Shown here in pieces: positions 1 to 12,357 of a stretch of DNA of 64,000 bases. The stretch lies in contig JAHDYG010000008.1 in NCBI GenBank assembly GCA_023383815.1, forward strand, positions 35,474 to 99,473. The letters are read 5' to 3'. This stretch comes from Rhodocyclaceae bacterium (GTDB lineage: Bacteria > Pseudomonadota > Gammaproteobacteria > Burkholderiales > Rhodocyclaceae). The position numbers and the translations under genes are program-made. Under the pieces are notes generated by a model. That model was not told the origin of the DNA. It made no database searches and was given only the letters and a program-made list of their open reading frames with translations. Every line of letters begins with the position of its first letter. Position 1 is the first letter of the stretch.

Positions 1-1
1 T

Positions 2-1672
2 GGGTCCCCGGCGGTCGAGCTTCGGCTATGGCACGCGCTCGATCAGCAACTCCTGTGCCCTTTCGAGTATTACGCGTGCGACGATGAAACGGATTTTTCA
101 GAGGTGCCATGGCAGCAACCAGGCGAGCTTGCTTCGATCGACAAACTGGTTACTGGCAATGATGTACGTGCGCGCCTTGTCCTCGATGAGTGGCAGCGGC
201 TTGCAGGTGATCCGACCCACGGTCGTGCTTTGGTCTTTTGCGTTTCGGTAGCGCATGCGCAGTTCATGACGGAGCGCTTGAATCAGGCGGGTATCAAGGC
301 GCTTTGCGTGGTCGGTGACACACCGAATGAAGAGCGACGGCGCGCGCCCGAAAGGCTGGCGCGGGGAGACGTTGCAGCCCTCGTGACCTGCGATCTCTAC
401 AACGAGGGTGTTGATCTACCTCTGGTGGATACTCTGCTATTGCTGCGCCCGACGCAGAGCCCGGTTCTGTTCCAGCAGCAGATCGGCCGTGGCCTTCGCT
501 TGGCAAAAGGCAAGGAAAGTTGCCTGGTTCTCGATTTCGTCGGCCGACACCGGGAGGAATTTCGCTTCGACCGACTGCTTTCGACGATATCGGGTTTGTC
601 ACGCGGTCAGTTGACAGATGCAGTGGACAAGGGCTTCGGCAATTTACCGCCCGGTTGCCATATCCACCTACAACGTCAGACGCGCGAGCAAGTGCTGCGC
701 AGTCTGAGAAGGCTAGTGCAGCACAACTGGCGCCGCCTGCGCACGGAGTTGCAGGCCTTTGCGGCTCTGCGCGGGAGGAACAACATTCGGCTCGCCAGCT
801 TTCTGCACGAGCAGGCCGTAGAACTGGATGACATCTATCGCAACAGCGGCCGTTCGGGCTGGACCAACCTCAAGCGCGACGCGGGTTTACTCACCACGCC
901 AGAAGGAAGTGAAGAAGACTATCTTGGGCGCCGGTTCGGCGATCTATTGCATACCGATGACCCGGCTCGCTGCGACTTGCTGCTCAAGCTTGCCGAGCCT
1001 GCAAGCTCATATCGCCCGAACGATGAGCGCGAGTGTCGCTTGCTTCAGATGCTTGCCTACCAGATCGACGCGCAGCATCACCAGACCGGGAGTGGTGAAG
1101 AGTTTCTGCGGCGCTTGCAGCTTCATCCAGAGCATAAATCCGAGATGGGCGAACTCGGAGAGGTCTTGCAAGCAAGAACGACCCTACGACAGCAAGCAGT
1201 ACCCGGTCTGGAAGATATTCCCCTTTGTCTTCACGCCGCCTATGGCATCCGCGAGATTCTGACGGCGACTGCCTGGCTCAGCGCCAAACGGCGTGCCCCA
1301 TTCCAAGCGGGTGTTCTAGCGTTGCATGAACGCCAAGTCGAGTTGCTGTTCGTAACCCTCGATAAGCGAGAGGGGTATCACGAGCGTATTGCGTATCGCG
1401 ACTACGCCATCAGTCCCGACCGGTTTCACTGGCAGTCACAGAACTCGGCGGGTCCGGATACCAAAGCAGGGCGCCGCTATCTCGAGAGTCCGGGGAACGG
1501 TTGGAGCTTCCAGCTTTTCGTCCGTACGGCCAAGGGCGAGCCGTATCGTGCTTGCGGCCCGGTTGTGCTTGAGCGAGCTGAAGGGAGCAAGCCGATGAGT
1601 ATCCATTGGCGGCTGGCAGTTCCGTTACCCGGCCGCTTGTTCAGGGAGTTCAGCATTCTTCGGGGGGAGTGA
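2..1672 (+). CDS. Superfamily-2 helicase, C-terminal helicase domain plus DUF3427-like C-terminal region (5' end outside window)
   Basis: The reading frame is open from nt 2, so the GTG at 104 is only the first in-window start. Helicase C-domain motifs are present ([32 protein letters not shown]), followed by a roughly 330-aa conserved-looking tail. Confidence 0.7.
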   Translation, partial: GSPAVELRLWHALDQQLLCPFEYYACDDETDFSEVPWQQPGELASIDKLVTGNDVRARLVLDEWQRLAGDPTHGRALVFCVSVAHAQFMTERLNQAGIKALCVVGDTPNEERRRAPERLARGDVAALVTCDLYNEGVDLPLVDTLLLLRPTQSPVLFQQQIGRGLRLAKGKESCLVLDFVGRHREEFRFDRLLSTISGLSRGQLTDAVDKGFGNLPPGCHIHLQRQTREQVLRSLRRLVQHNWRRLRTELQAFAALRGRNNIRLASFLHEQAVELDDIYRNSGRSGWTNLKRDAGLLTTPEGSEEDYLGRRFGDLLHTDDPARCDLLLKLAEPASSYRPNDERECRLLQMLAYQIDAQHHQTGSGEEFLRRLQLHPEHKSEMGELGEVLQARTTLRQQAVPGLEDIPLCLHAAYGIREILTATAWLSAKRRAPFQAGVLALHERQVELLFVTLDKREGYHERIAYRDYAISPDRFHWQSQNSAGPDTKAGRRYLESPGNGWSFQLFVRTAKGEPYRACGPVVLERAEGSKPMSIHWRLAVPLPGRLFREFSILRGE

Positions 1673-1832
1673 GCAGCGGTTCCTGGCTGGTTGCTGGGCA
1701 GTGCCCGAGGACGCGGCTCAACAACCCGATTGCGATCTTGCACCGGTTCAGTCGCACTCGATTCGTGTGCCTCCTGAGCGGCTCCGGGGGTGCGTGGTAA
1801 ACTTCGCGTTTCCTTCACTGCGTGCTTCCGGC

Positions 1833-2036
1833 ATGTTGAACATCCGACTCAATGGCCAGTCCGAGACCCTTGCGCAGGGGACGACGGTGGCGGCGCTGCT
1901 CGAAGCGCGGCAGCTTGCGGGCAAGCGGCTGGCGGTCGAGCGCAATGGCGAGATCGTGCCGCGTGCGCGCCATGCGGAGACGGTGCTGGCCGAAGGCGAT
2001 CGGGTGGAGATCGTCGTCGCGGTCGGTGGTGGCTGA
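1833..2036 (+). CDS. thiS: Sulfur-carrier protein ThiS
   Basis: Internal ATG at 1833 of ORF 1701..2036. It gives a 67-aa product, MLNIRLNG...[10 protein letters not shown], with the C-terminal Gly-Gly typical of ThiS, and lies directly upstream of thiG. Confidence 0.85.
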   Translation: MLNIRLNGQSETLAQGTTVAALLEARQLAGKRLAVERNGEIVPRARHAETVLAEGDRVEIVVAVGGG

Positions 2037-2097
2037 GGGCGGTCTGCCTTGCGGTCGGTAGGCCGCGCTGGTTTTCGATTTTTCCGACAGGAACATC

Positions 2098-2883
2098 ATG
2101 AACGAACCCCTGGTGATTGCCGGCAAGTCCTATTCTTCGCGTCTGCTCGTCGGCACGGGCAAGTACAAGGATTTTGCCGAGACTCGCGCGGCGATCGACG
2201 CGAGCGGTGCGGCGATCGTGACCGTCGCGATCCGGCGCACGAACATCGGCCAGAATCCGGACGAGCCGAACCTGCTCGAAGTCCTCCCGCCGGAGCGCTT
2301 CACGATCCTGCCGAATACGGCCGGCTGCTATACGGCCGACGATGCGGTGCGCACGCTGCGCCTCGCGCGTGAGCTGCTCGATGGCCACGCGCTGGTGAAG
2401 CTGGAAGTGCTGGGGGATCCGAAGACGCTGTTCCCGAACATGCCCGAGACCCTCAAGGCGGCCGAGGTGCTGGTGAAGGACGGGTTCGACGTGATGGTGT
2501 ATTGCTCGGACGACCCGATCCAGGCGCGCATGCTCGAAGAGATCGGCTGCGTTGCGGTGATGCCGCTCGCGTCGCTGATCGGCTCGGGCATGGGCATCCT
2601 CAACCCGTGGAACCTGCGGCTCATCATCGACCAGGCGCGTGTGCCGGTGCTCGTCGACGCCGGCGTCGGCACCGCTTCGGACGCGGCGATCGCGATGGAA
2701 CTCGGCTGCGACGGGGTGCTGATGAACACCGCGATCGCGCAGGCCGGCGATCCGGTGCGCATGGCCTCGGCGATGAAGAAGGCGGTCGAGGCCGGGCGCG
2801 AGGCGTATCTGGCCGGGCGCATGCCGCGCAAGTACTACAGTGCCGATCCCAGTTCGCCGACCGCCGGCCTGATCGGGTCCTGA
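2098..2883 (+). CDS. thiG: Thiazole synthase ThiG
   Basis: 261 aa. Has the ThiG hallmarks ([35 protein letters not shown]) and thiS-thiG synteny. Confidence 0.95.
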   Translation: MNEPLVIAGKSYSSRLLVGTGKYKDFAETRAAIDASGAAIVTVAIRRTNIGQNPDEPNLLEVLPPERFTILPNTAGCYTADDAVRTLRLARELLDGHALVKLEVLGDPKTLFPNMPETLKAAEVLVKDGFDVMVYCSDDPIQARMLEEIGCVAVMPLASLIGSGMGILNPWNLRLIIDQARVPVLVDAGVGTASDAAIAMELGCDGVLMNTAIAQAGDPVRMASAMKKAVEAGREAYLAGRMPRKYYSADPSSPTAGLIGS

Positions 2884-2930
2884 GTCCGCGGCGGCCGATC
2901 CCTTTCTTACCCTGACGAGTGCCCAGGCGC

Positions 2931-3704
2931 ATGAGTGAAACGACACAGAGCACGGCCGTCCAGGGCGAAGCGTCCGGGCCGGACGGCGAACTGCCGGTGC
3001 CTGCGCCCGGCGGGCGCTTCTCGAGCCGCCCGATCCGCAGCTTCGTGCTGCGCCAGGGGCGCATGTCGCCGGCGCAGCAGCGCCATCTGGACACGATGAT
3101 GCCGAAGATCGGCCTCCCCTACCGGCCGGCGGTGATCGATCCGGAAGCGATCTTCGGGCGCCGCGCGCCGTGCGTGCTCGAGATCGGATTCGGTATGGGC
3201 GACACGACCTTCGCGATCGCGCAGGCGCGCCCCGACACGGATTTCATCGCGATCGAGGTCCACGGTCCGGGCGTCGGCAACCTGTGCAAGCTCGTCGCCG
3301 GGAGCGGCCTGACCAACCTGCGCATCGTCCAGCACGATGCGGTCGAGGTGCTGCGTGACATGATCGCGCCGGCCTCGCTGGCCGGCGTGCATGTCTATTT
3401 TCCCGACCCGTGGCACAAGAAGCGCCACCACAAGCGGCGCATCATCCAGCCTGGATTCGTTGCGCTCGTGGCCGAACGTCTCGCGCCCGGGGGCTATCTT
3501 CATTGCGCGACCGACTGGCAGGAGTACGCCGACTGGATGCTGGCCGTGCTGTCGGCCGAGCCTTCGCTGCGAAATACCGCCGAGGGCTGGGCGCCGCGTC
3601 CGGACTGGCGCCCGCTGACGAAGTTCGAAAACCGCGGACTGCGGCTCGGGCACGGCGTCCGGGACCTGCTGTTCCGCAAACGTGAGTCTGGGGATCGCGC
3701 ATGA
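2931..3704 (+). CDS. trmB: tRNA (guanine-N7)-methyltransferase TrmB
   Basis: Motifs LEIGFGMGD and [17 protein letters not shown] 2931 is preferred over GTG 2919. The stop overlaps the sppA ATG (ATGA). Confidence 0.9.
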   Translation: MSETTQSTAVQGEASGPDGELPVPAPGGRFSSRPIRSFVLRQGRMSPAQQRHLDTMMPKIGLPYRPAVIDPEAIFGRRAPCVLEIGFGMGDTTFAIAQARPDTDFIAIEVHGPGVGNLCKLVAGSGLTNLRIVQHDAVEVLRDMIAPASLAGVHVYFPDPWHKKRHHKRRIIQPGFVALVAERLAPGGYLHCATDWQEYADWMLAVLSAEPSLRNTAEGWAPRPDWRPLTKFENRGLRLGHGVRDLLFRKRESGDRA

Positions 3705-5530
3705 TTTCGGCATTCTTCCGCTTCTTCGGGCGCCTCTTCGCCTATGTCTGGCTGTGGCTCGACGGCTTGCGCCGGCTGGTCGTGAATCTGGTGTTCCTGC
3801 TGCTGATCGGCGTGCTGATCGCGGCGATCTGGCGCCCTGCGCCGGGCCTGCCGGAGGCGGCCGCGCTGGTGCTGAGGCCCGCCGGTGCGCTGGTCGAGCA
3901 GGCACGCCTGGAGGAGCCGCTCGACCTCCTGCGCCCGGGCGGCGCGCCGGTTGCGCAGACCTCCCTGCGCAACCTCCTCGAAGCCATCTCGGCCGCGCGC
4001 GACGATGCGCGCATCCGCGCACTCGTGATCGAGACCGACGGCCTGACCCAGGCGGGCCTGTCGAAACTGGCGGAACTGCGCGCGGCGATCGTCGAGTTCA
4101 AGCACAGCGGCAAGCCGGTCTTCGCCCGCGGCGAGCGCTTCACGCAGGCGCAGTACTACCTCGCGAGCGTGGCCGACGAACTGCATCTGTCGCCCGACGG
4201 TTTCGTGCTGCTGCAGGGCCTGGCGCGCTACGTGACCTACTTTCGCAATGCGCTCGACGCGCTGGGGGTGAAGATCCACGTCTTCCGCGTCGGCGAGTAC
4301 AAATCCTTCAGCGAACCGTTCACGCGCACCGACATGTCGGATGAGGATCGCGATGCGACCCGCGATCTGCTCGAAGGGCTGTGGAAGACGGTGCGTGAGG
4401 ACGTTGCGGCCAGCCGCAGGGTCGCGCCCGAGGCGCTGGACCGCTACATCGGCGACTTTGGATCGGCGCTTGCCGCGGCCGACGGCGACACCGCGAAGGC
4501 GGCGCTCGCGGCTGGGCTCGTCGACCGCTTCAGCGCACGCGACGAATGGCTGGAACTGCTCAAGAGCCGGGTAGCCGCGAACGACGACAATACGGATTTC
4601 GAGCAGGTCGCGGTGTCGCGCTATCTGGGGGTGGTGCGCGCCGAGCGTGCCGCGGCGCCCGATCGCATCGCGGTGCTGGTCGCGCAGGGGGCGATCGTCG
4701 ATGGCACCGGTACACCCGGTTCCGTGGGTGGCGATACGCTGGCACACCTGATCCGGGAGGCGCGCGAGGATGAGCGGGTCAAGGCGATCGTGCTGCGCAT
4801 CGACAGCCCGGGCGGCAGCGCCTGGGCGTCGGAGGTGATCCGGCGCGAGCTGGAGGTCGCGCGTGAACACGGCAAGCCCGTCGTCGCGTCGATGAGTTCC
4901 ACCGCGGCCTCGGGGGGCTACTGGATTGCGGCGGGTGCGGACGAGATCTGGGCGCATCCGCAGACCCTGACCGGTTCGATCGGCATCTTCGCGCTGTTCC
5001 CCGAGATCGTCGAGCCGATGCAACGCCTCGGGCTGACCGTCGACGGCGTGGCGACCGGGCCGCTCGCCGGCGCGCTCGATCCGCGTCGCCCGCTCGATGC
5101 GCAAGCGCGCGAGGCGATGCAGCTCGGGATCGAGCACGGCTACCGGCGCTTCCTCGACGTGGTCGGCAAGGCACGCGGGATGGCGGCAGACGAAGTCGAA
5201 CCGGTCGCGCGCGGGCGCGTGTGGACCGGCGCTGCGGCCCACGAGCTCGGACTCGTCGATCACCTCGGCGGGCTCGATGCGGCGGTAGCCGCCGCCGCCC
5301 GGCGTGCTGGTCTCGAACGTTATGAGGTCGTGTGGCCGGAAGGCCGGCTGTCTCCGACGCAGATCCTGCTGCGCCAGTTCACCGAGTTGGCCGGCGTGCG
5401 CCTGCCCGAGCCGCAACCGGCCTCGCCATTCGAGCGTGCGCTTGCGAAGGTGCAGGACGAGGCGGCGAGCCTGCTGCTGTGGAACGACCCGCGCCACCTC
5501 TACACCCACTGCCTGTGCGAAGCGCCCTGA
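3701..5530 (+). CDS. sppA: Signal peptide peptidase SppA (67K type, duplicated ClpP/crotonase-like domains)
   Basis: 609 aa with an N-terminal TM segment and two SppA repeats ([10 protein letters not shown]..., [19 protein letters not shown]). Confidence 0.9.
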   Translation: MISAFFRFFGRLFAYVWLWLDGLRRLVVNLVFLLLIGVLIAAIWRPAPGLPEAAALVLRPAGALVEQARLEEPLDLLRPGGAPVAQTSLRNLLEAISAARDDARIRALVIETDGLTQAGLSKLAELRAAIVEFKHSGKPVFARGERFTQAQYYLASVADELHLSPDGFVLLQGLARYVTYFRNALDALGVKIHVFRVGEYKSFSEPFTRTDMSDEDRDATRDLLEGLWKTVREDVAASRRVAPEALDRYIGDFGSALAAADGDTAKAALAAGLVDRFSARDEWLELLKSRVAANDDNTDFEQVAVSRYLGVVRAERAAAPDRIAVLVAQGAIVDGTGTPGSVGGDTLAHLIREAREDERVKAIVLRIDSPGGSAWASEVIRRELEVAREHGKPVVASMSSTAASGGYWIAAGADEIWAHPQTLTGSIGIFALFPEIVEPMQRLGLTVDGVATGPLAGALDPRRPLDAQAREAMQLGIEHGYRRFLDVVGKARGMAADEVEPVARGRVWTGAAAHELGLVDHLGGLDAAVAAAARRAGLERYEVVWPEGRLSPTQILLRQFTELAGVRLPEPQPASPFERALAKVQDEAASLLLWNDPRHLYTHCLCEAP

Positions 5531-5545
5531 GCGCCGAGGCCTCCT

Positions 5546-6801
5546 TCAGCGCTCGCGCAGGAAGATCCCCAGCAGGTCGTTGAGAAAGCGACGCCCGCGG
5601 TCGGTCGGGCGCAGGCGCCCGTCGCCGCTTGCGAGCAGGCCGCGGCGCTGTGCCCCGGCAAGTTCGCTGGCGATCGTGGCCAGCGGCTGACCCGTGCGCT
5701 GCGTGAAGAGGGATGCCGGGACGCCGTCCGACAGGCGCAGGGCATTCATCATGAATTCGAAGGGAAGGTCGGCCGGATCGATGCGCCGGCGCTCGCGCAC
5801 GAACGCGCGAGTGGCGGCTGCTTCGAGGTAGCGGTTCGGATGACGGTGGCGGTCCTCGCGAAAGATGCCTTCGTGGCTCGAGAGCTTGCCGTGGGCGCCG
5901 GCGCCGATGCCGAGATAGTCGCCGAAGTGCCAGTAGTTGAGGTTGTGCAGGCACGCCTGGCCAGGCCGGGCGAAGGCCGAAGTCTCGTAGTGGGTGAATC
6001 CGGCCTCGGCCAGCCGGGCCTCGATCGCCTCCTGCATGTCGGCGGAGGTGTCGTCATCGGGCAGGGGCGGCGGAGCGGCGTGGAAGGGCGTATTGGGTTC
6101 GATCGTCAGGTGATAGCACGACAGGTGCGTGGCGCCGCTTGCGAGCGCGAGTTCCAGATCGTGCAGCGCTTCCTCCCGACTCTGCTGTGGCAGCGCATAC
6201 ATCAGGTCGAGGTTCACCCGCTCGAAGCTTGCGAGCGCGAGATCGATCGCGGCGCGCGCCTCGCGCCCGTCGTGGATGCGGCCGAGCCGCGCGAGATGGC
6301 GGTCGTCAAAGCTCTGGATGCCGAGCGACAGGCGATTGACACCGGCGGCACGAAATTCACGAAAGCGCTCGGCTTCGGCCGTTCCGGGGTTGGCTTCGAG
6401 CGTGATCTCGGCCAGCGGGTCGAGCGGCAGCAGCGTTCGCACGGCGGTGAGCAGGCGGTCGAGTGCGGCGGCCGACATCAGGCTCGGCGTGCCGCCACCG
6501 ATGAAGACGCTGTGGATGCGCCGTCCCCACACCTGCGGCAGGGCGCTTTCGAGATCGGCGATCAGGGCGTCGAGGTAGGCGGCTTCGAGCCCCCCGGCCA
6601 GCTCGGGAGCGCTTCCGGTGCTACGCAGCGCGTGCGAGTTGAAATCGCAGTACGGGCATTTGCGCACGCACCACGGATAATGCACGTAGAGCGTCAGCGG
6701 CGGGGGGTGTTCGAGGCCGGAGGCCTTCTGCCCGGTCGGGTGCGCCCGCGTTGCGAACGGTTCTGCGGCGGCGGGCCGCAGCGGGATGATGCGGCGCGCG
6801 C

Positions 6802-6805
<4 letters not shown>
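5546..6805 (-). CDS. hemW: Radical-SAM heme chaperone HemW (HemN-like, oxygen-independent coproporphyrinogen oxidase family)
   Basis: CxxxCxxC radical-SAM motif (YVHYPWCVRKCPYCDF). The best start is GTG at 6805-6803, overlapping the rdgB stop by 4 nt (GTGA). The ORF-track N-terminal extension to 7180 lies over rdgB and is Arg-rich junk. Confidence 0.85.
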
Positions 6806-7403
<598 letters not shown>

Positions 7404-7404
<1 letters not shown>

Positions 7405-8129
7405 CACACTGGATCCGTCTGGAGGACTTCCTTCTGGGCGTGGACCAGCGCCGCGATGCCGCGTTCGGCCAGAATGATCAGCCGGTCGAGGTCGGTGCGG
7501 GAAAACGGTGCGCCTTCGGCCGTGCCCTGGATCTCGATGATGCCCCCTTGCGAGGTCATGACGACGTTCATGTCGGTGTCGCAGCCCGAATCCTCGATGT
7601 AATCGAGATCGAGCACGGCCTCGCCGCCGACCATGCCGACCGAGACCGCGGCGACCAGTGCCTGCATAGGATGACGTTCGATCCGCCCCTCGCGGAGCAG
7701 GTGCGTGAGCGCATCGTGGACCGCGACGCAGGCGCCGGTGATCGAGGCCGTACGCGTGCCGCCGTCGGCCTGCAGCACGTCGCAGTCGACGAGGATCTGG
7801 TGTTCGCCGAGCGCGGGCAGGTCGACGACCGCGCGCAGGCTGCGCCCGATCAGGCGCTGGATTTCCAGCGTGCGCCCGCTCTGCTTGCCCTTGGCCGCTT
7901 CGCGTGCCGAACGGGTGTGGGTGGCGCGCGGCAGCATGCCGTATTCTGCGGTTACCCAGCCCTGGCCCTTGCCGCGCAGGAACGGCGGCACGGCCTCCTC
8001 GACGCTGGCCGTGCACAGCACCTTCGTGTCGCCGTAGGCCACCAGCACCGAGCCCTCGGCATGACGGGTGTAGTGGCGCTCGAAGCGCACCGCGCGGAGC
8101 TGGTCGGGACGGCGTCCATCGTGTCGCAT
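7404..8129 (-). CDS. rph: Ribonuclease PH
   Basis: 241 aa, [30 protein letters not shown]...TASITGA. The stop overlaps the rdgB start by 1 nt. Confidence 0.95.
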
Positions 8130-8139
8130 CAGGGGGATC

Positions 8140-9060
8140 CTATTTGTTGAATTTCTGGATCGCCGAGTTGATCTCGGCGATGGCGCGCTCGATCTCCTCG
8201 TCGGTCAGCTCGAACTCCTTGGCAGCCGGGCTGCGGCTGCGGTCGAAGGTTTCGAGGCGGGTCGTGAAGCGGTCGAGCATCATCGTCTCGGTCGATACCG
8301 AATCCACCTGCGGCGGCGCCAGATCGTCGTGCCAGCAGGCCGCGATCATCGACAGGTTGTCGCAGTTCTTGCCGCCGAGGCGTTCGGCCTCGGTGAGCAG
8401 GGCCGGGACCGCTTCCATCACGTTGGTGCCGCTCAGGATGCGCGCCAGCCCCTCGTCGCCGATGTTGCCCCAGGCGCCGTCCGAGCACAGCGCCAGGACG
8501 TCGCCGTCGCGCAGCGCGAAGCGCTTCGAGAACTCGATCTGCGGCGGGTGCGTTCCGCCCAGGCAGCTGTAGATGCGGTTGCGTCCCGGGTGGCGCGCAG
8601 CGCCTTCGGCGTCGAGCAGTCCCTGGTCCATCATCAGCTGCACGCGCGAGTGATCGCGCGTCTGGGCGGCGATCCGGCCCTGACGCAGGAGATACAGGCG
8701 CGAGTCACCGGCGTGGGCCCAGTGCGCGAAGCCTTCCTGGACCACGCAGGCCACCACGGTCGTGCGCGGGGCCTCGTTCAGCTCCTTCTCGAACGAATAG
8801 TCGAGGATCGCGTTGTGCGCATTGAGCAGCGCGCGCGACAGGAACAGCGTCGGATCGTTGAGCACCGGCTTCGCGTCGCGCTGGAAGGCCTGCACGATGA
8901 ACTGCACCGCGATATGGGCCGCGACCTCGCCGTGCAGGTGTCCCCCCATGCCGTCGGCGACGGCCATCAGCAGCGCATCGCGCGAGTAACAGTAGGCGGT
9001 GCGATCCTGGTTGTTCTTGCGGCCGCCGATGCGGCTTTCCTGGAAGATCGTGAATTTCAC
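8140..9060 (-). CDS. PP2C-family Ser/Thr protein phosphatase
   Basis: GTG start at 9060-9058 with GAGG 8 nt upstream. PP2C motifs are present ([24 protein letters not shown]). The ORF-track extension to 9783 overlaps the kinase gene. Confidence 0.85.
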   Translation of the reverse strand: MKFTIFQESRIGGRKNNQDRTAYCYSRDALLMAVADGMGGHLHGEVAAHIAVQFIVQAFQRDAKPVLNDPTLFLSRALLNAHNAILDYSFEKELNEAPRTTVVACVVQEGFAHWAHAGDSRLYLLRQGRIAAQTRDHSRVQLMMDQGLLDAEGAARHPGRNRIYSCLGGTHPPQIEFSKRFALRDGDVLALCSDGAWGNIGDEGLARILSGTNVMEAVPALLTEAERLGGKNCDNLSMIAACWHDDLAPPQVDSVSTETMMLDRFTTRLETFDRSRSPAAKEFELTDEEIERAIAEINSAIQKFNK

Positions 9061-9068
9061 GGCGTACC

Positions 9069-10016
9069 TCAAGCTCGGCCAATGAAGGATTTCAGCCGCG
9101 CACCGAGATCGGTGTACCACGTGGCTGGCATGGGTTCGCCCGGTTCCTTGCGCATCAGCGCCTTCTGCAGAGAATAGACGCTCTGCGGGCGCTCGAGCGG
9201 ATCCAGGCGCAGGCACCAGTCGATCGTCTCGACCAGCTGTTTCGAATAGGCGGCACCGTGCTTCTTGAGCAGCGGCGCCAGCGTGTCGTTCTTGGTGCGC
9301 TCGTCCGAGCGCGGCGGCGCGGTGCCGGCGATACAGGCAAAGAGCGTGGCGCCGACGCTGTAGATGTCGCTCCAGGGGCCGAGCCCCTCGCGGTGGGTGA
9401 GCTGTTCGGGCGAGGCGAAGCCGGGCGTGTACATCGGCTTCAGGATCGGCTGGTCCTGGAAGAGCGTCTGGCGTGCAGCGCCGAAGTCGAGCAGGACGGG
9501 GGTACCGTCGATGCGCAGGTAGATGTTCGACGGCTTGATGTCCAGGTGCAGCAGCTTGCGCGCGTGCACTTCGCGCAGACCGTTGAGCATGCGCGTGAAC
9601 ACCGCGCGGATGAAGGGCTCCCGGACGTTGCCGCGATGCTTGTGGATGAACTCGTTGAGCGTGCGCCCGCGCTCGAACACCATCACCATGTAGACCGTGC
9701 CGTTGGCGCGGAAGAAGTTCAGCACCTGCACGACGTTCGGATGCATCAGCTTCGCGAGCGAGCGCCCTTCCTCGAAAAAGCACTTCAGCCCGTAGCGGAA
9801 TGCCGGCTCGTTCTCGGCCGGAATCTCCGGCGTGATCATCCCTTCCTTGCGCAGTGCAAGCGAGTTCGGCAGGTATTCCTTGATTGCGACCGGGGTGCCT
9901 TCCGCGTCATAGGCGAGATAGACGATCGAGAAGCCTCCCAGCGAAAGCTGCCGCTCGATGCGGTACTGATCCAGCTGAAAGCCGGCCGGCAAGGGGCTGT
10001 TCGCTTGAGGCGGCAT
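9069..10016 (-). CDS. Hanks-type Ser/Thr protein kinase (soluble, kinase domain only)
   Basis: Motifs VAIKEY, HLDIKPSN, DFGAAR and SPEQ. ATG at 10016 is preferred over TTG at 10085, but the start is uncertain because no clear SD is visible. Confidence 0.8.
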   Translation of the reverse strand: MPPQANSPLPAGFQLDQYRIERQLSLGGFSIVYLAYDAEGTPVAIKEYLPNSLALRKEGMITPEIPAENEPAFRYGLKCFFEEGRSLAKLMHPNVVQVLNFFRANGTVYMVMVFERGRTLNEFIHKHRGNVREPFIRAVFTRMLNGLREVHARKLLHLDIKPSNIYLRIDGTPVLLDFGAARQTLFQDQPILKPMYTPGFASPEQLTHREGLGPWSDIYSVGATLFACIAGTAPPRSDERTKNDTLAPLLKKHGAAYSKQLVETIDWCLRLDPLERPQSVYSLQKALMRKEPGEPMPATWYTDLGARLKSFIGRA

Positions 10017-10151
10017 CTGTATGAAGGCTAAGATCTGGTCTTTGCGGTCTGCGCGCGAGCCCGGCGCTTGCTCACGACAGGCCAAACGTCATTTTCTTGT
10101 GCGGGCTCTGCAGTGTAAAGGATTCACGCGGATTCCCGGAGGTTCTCCTAC

Positions 10152-11018
10152 ATGATTTACAGCATGACCGGGTTTGCCGCCCGAACAAGCGATCTGGGTC
10201 GGGTCAGTTTGCATCTGGAATTGCGCAGCGTGAACTCGCGCTTCCTCGACCTCTTCTTCCGCATCGGTGAGGAGCTGCGCCAGGCCGAACCGGCGATCCG
10301 CGAAGCGCTTACTTCGCGCCTTGCACGCGGCAAGGTCGAATGCCGGCTGCAGCTGCAGGGCAATACCCAGGTCGAGCGCAGCCTGTCGCTCAATGCCGCG
10401 CTGCTCGATCAGCTCCGCTCGGCCGAGGCCGCGGTGCGTGAGCGCCTGCCCGAGGCCGCGCGGCTTTCGGTGGCCGAAGTGATGCGCTGGCCCGGCATGC
10501 TGGCCGACGATGGCGTCGGCTTCGAGGAACTTCAACCGGCGATCCAGGAGCTGGTGCGTGCCGCGATCGACGAACTCGTCGCCACGCGAGCGCGTGAAGG
10601 CGAGAAGCTCGCCGGCATGATCCGCGAGCGGCTGGCGCGCATGCACGAGCTCGTCGCACAGGCCGAGCCGCGCATTCCCGCCATCGTCGCCGAACACCAG
10701 GAGCGCCTCACCACGCGCCTGCGCGACGCGGTCGCAAGCCTCGACGAAGACCGCATCCGCCAGGAAGTCGCGCTCTTCGCCCAGCGCATCGACGTTGCCG
10801 AAGAGCTCAACCGCCTCACCGCCCACCTCGGCGAAGTCGAGCGCGTGCTCGCCAAGGGAGGCGCGGCCGGCAAGCGGCTCGACTTCCTGATGCAGGAACT
10901 CAACCGCGAAGCCAACACGCTCGCCTCCAAGTCCGCCGCGACCGACATCACCGGCGTTGCGATGGAGATGAAGGTCCTGATCGAACAGATGCGCGAGCAG
11001 GTGCAGAACATCGAGTGA
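10152..11018 (+). CDS. yicC: YicC-family protein (stress-induced, endoribonuclease family)
   Basis: 288 aa with the MIYSMTGFA N-terminus and the C-terminal REANTLASKS motif. GGAGG lies upstream. Confidence 0.9.
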   Translation: MIYSMTGFAARTSDLGRVSLHLELRSVNSRFLDLFFRIGEELRQAEPAIREALTSRLARGKVECRLQLQGNTQVERSLSLNAALLDQLRSAEAAVRERLPEAARLSVAEVMRWPGMLADDGVGFEELQPAIQELVRAAIDELVATRAREGEKLAGMIRERLARMHELVAQAEPRIPAIVAEHQERLTTRLRDAVASLDEDRIRQEVALFAQRIDVAEELNRLTAHLGEVERVLAKGGAAGKRLDFLMQELNREANTLASKSAATDITGVAMEMKVLIEQMREQVQNIE

Positions 11019-11201
11019 GGCGCCGGGCCATTGTCTAAGCCACGACGCAGCACCAGGGGTGCCGGGTTGCTGACCTGTGATGCGCACTTCGAGAAGCTTC
11101 CGGGTGTGGTGTTCATTCCGGAGTCGGCTTAGTCGTTCCGGCCGGGGTTTCCCGCCCACCTCTGTATCATCGGCACTTTCCCCAACCCCTGGAATCCTCC
11201 G

Positions 11202-12218
11202 ATGACGCGCGCCCTGACGCCCTCTCTCGCCGCCGCCCATGCTGCCCGCGCGCCGCTCGTGGCCCGGCTGGCCGGGGAGCGGACCGATGCGCTGCGGCTC
11301 TTTCACGGCAGTGTGGAGGGGCTGCCGGGGCTGACGGTTGACCGCTACGGCGAGCTGTTGCTGGCGCAAAGTTTTCACCGGCCGCTCGATGAAGGCGAGC
11401 TTGCGGAGCTGACCGGGTTCTACGGCGAGACGCTGCCCGGCCTGCCGCTGATCTTGAACGACCGCAGCCAGTCCAATTCGCGCATTTCCAACGACCTGGC
11501 ACCGGAGCTCGAGTCGATCGCCCGGGCGCCGCGCGAGATCTGCGAGATGGGGGTGCGCTACCGTTTCCAGGCGCGTCACGCGGGCCAGGATCCGTGGCTC
11601 TTCCTCGATCTGCGTGCCGGGCGGCGGCGGGTGATGCAGGAAGCGGTGGGCAGGTCGGTGCTCAATGTCTTTGCCTACACCTGCGGTGTCGGCGTTGCGG
11701 CGGCCCGGGCCGGTGCGCGTCATGTCGTGAACGTCGATTTTTCGGAGTCGAGCCTTGCAATCGGCAAGGAGAACGCGAAGCTCAACGAGCTGCCGATCCG
11801 CGTGCGCTTCATCCGCTGCGACGCGTTCGCGGCGCTGCGCCAGTACGCCGGCATCGGGCAGCCGAAGGTGGTGCGCGGCAAGCGCATGCCCCCGTTTCCG
11901 GAGCTGGCGCCGCAGCGCTTCGAGCTCGTCTTCCTCGATCCGCCGCGCTATGCCCGCAGCCCCTTCGGCGTGGTGGATCTGGTGAACGACTACCCAGCCA
12001 TCTTCAAGCCGGCGCTGCTGGCAACCGCCGAGGGTGGCACGCTCATATGCTGCAACAACGTTGCCCAGGTCGGACGCGAAGCCTGGCTGGACCAGCTCGA
12101 ACGCAGCGCGCGCAAGGCCGGCCGGGCGCTGCGTGCGGTCGAGTGGATCGAGCCGGAGTCCGATTTTCCGAGCATGGACGGCCGGCCGCCGCTCAAGATG
12201 GTGCTGCTGCGGGTGTGA
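11202..12218 (+). CDS. Class I SAM-dependent methyltransferase (RlmI/RlmK-like, no PUA domain visible)
   Basis: 338 aa. VLNVFAYTCGVGVAAA (SAM motif I) and VFLDPPRYARSP (motif IV-like). Confidence 0.75.
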   Translation: MTRALTPSLAAAHAARAPLVARLAGERTDALRLFHGSVEGLPGLTVDRYGELLLAQSFHRPLDEGELAELTGFYGETLPGLPLILNDRSQSNSRISNDLAPELESIARAPREICEMGVRYRFQARHAGQDPWLFLDLRAGRRRVMQEAVGRSVLNVFAYTCGVGVAAARAGARHVVNVDFSESSLAIGKENAKLNELPIRVRFIRCDAFAALRQYAGIGQPKVVRGKRMPPFPELAPQRFELVFLDPPRYARSPFGVVDLVNDYPAIFKPALLATAEGGTLICCNNVAQVGREAWLDQLERSARKAGRALRAVEWIEPESDFPSMDGRPPLKMVLLRV

Positions 12219-12357
12219 GCCAGCCTTGGCGGGCGGCACTGTGCCGCGGGTGCGGTGCGGGTTTGCGCGCCCGGATCCGGCTGGCACAATGCAGGATTGG
12301 CCCTGCGGCCGTTCGACCTGGAGGCCGGGACCGGCGCGATGCCACCCGGAAGACGCG

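Noticed and set aside
1673-1832. A possible TPP riboswitch upstream of thiS.
   Set aside because: CTGAGC and GGGGTGC-like strings occur, but in the wrong order and spacing for the THI-box. No ACCTGATCTGGATAATGCCAGCG-like core is present.
3500-5509. A 669-aa minus-strand ORF.
   Set aside because: It is entirely antisense to sppA, has Arg/Ala-rich low-complexity composition and carries no recognisable motifs. It is a shadow ORF.
12283-12300. A second TGGCAC string (CTGGCACAATGCAGGATT) upstream of gmk.
   Set aside because: No TTGC or GC element lies at the correct -12 spacing.
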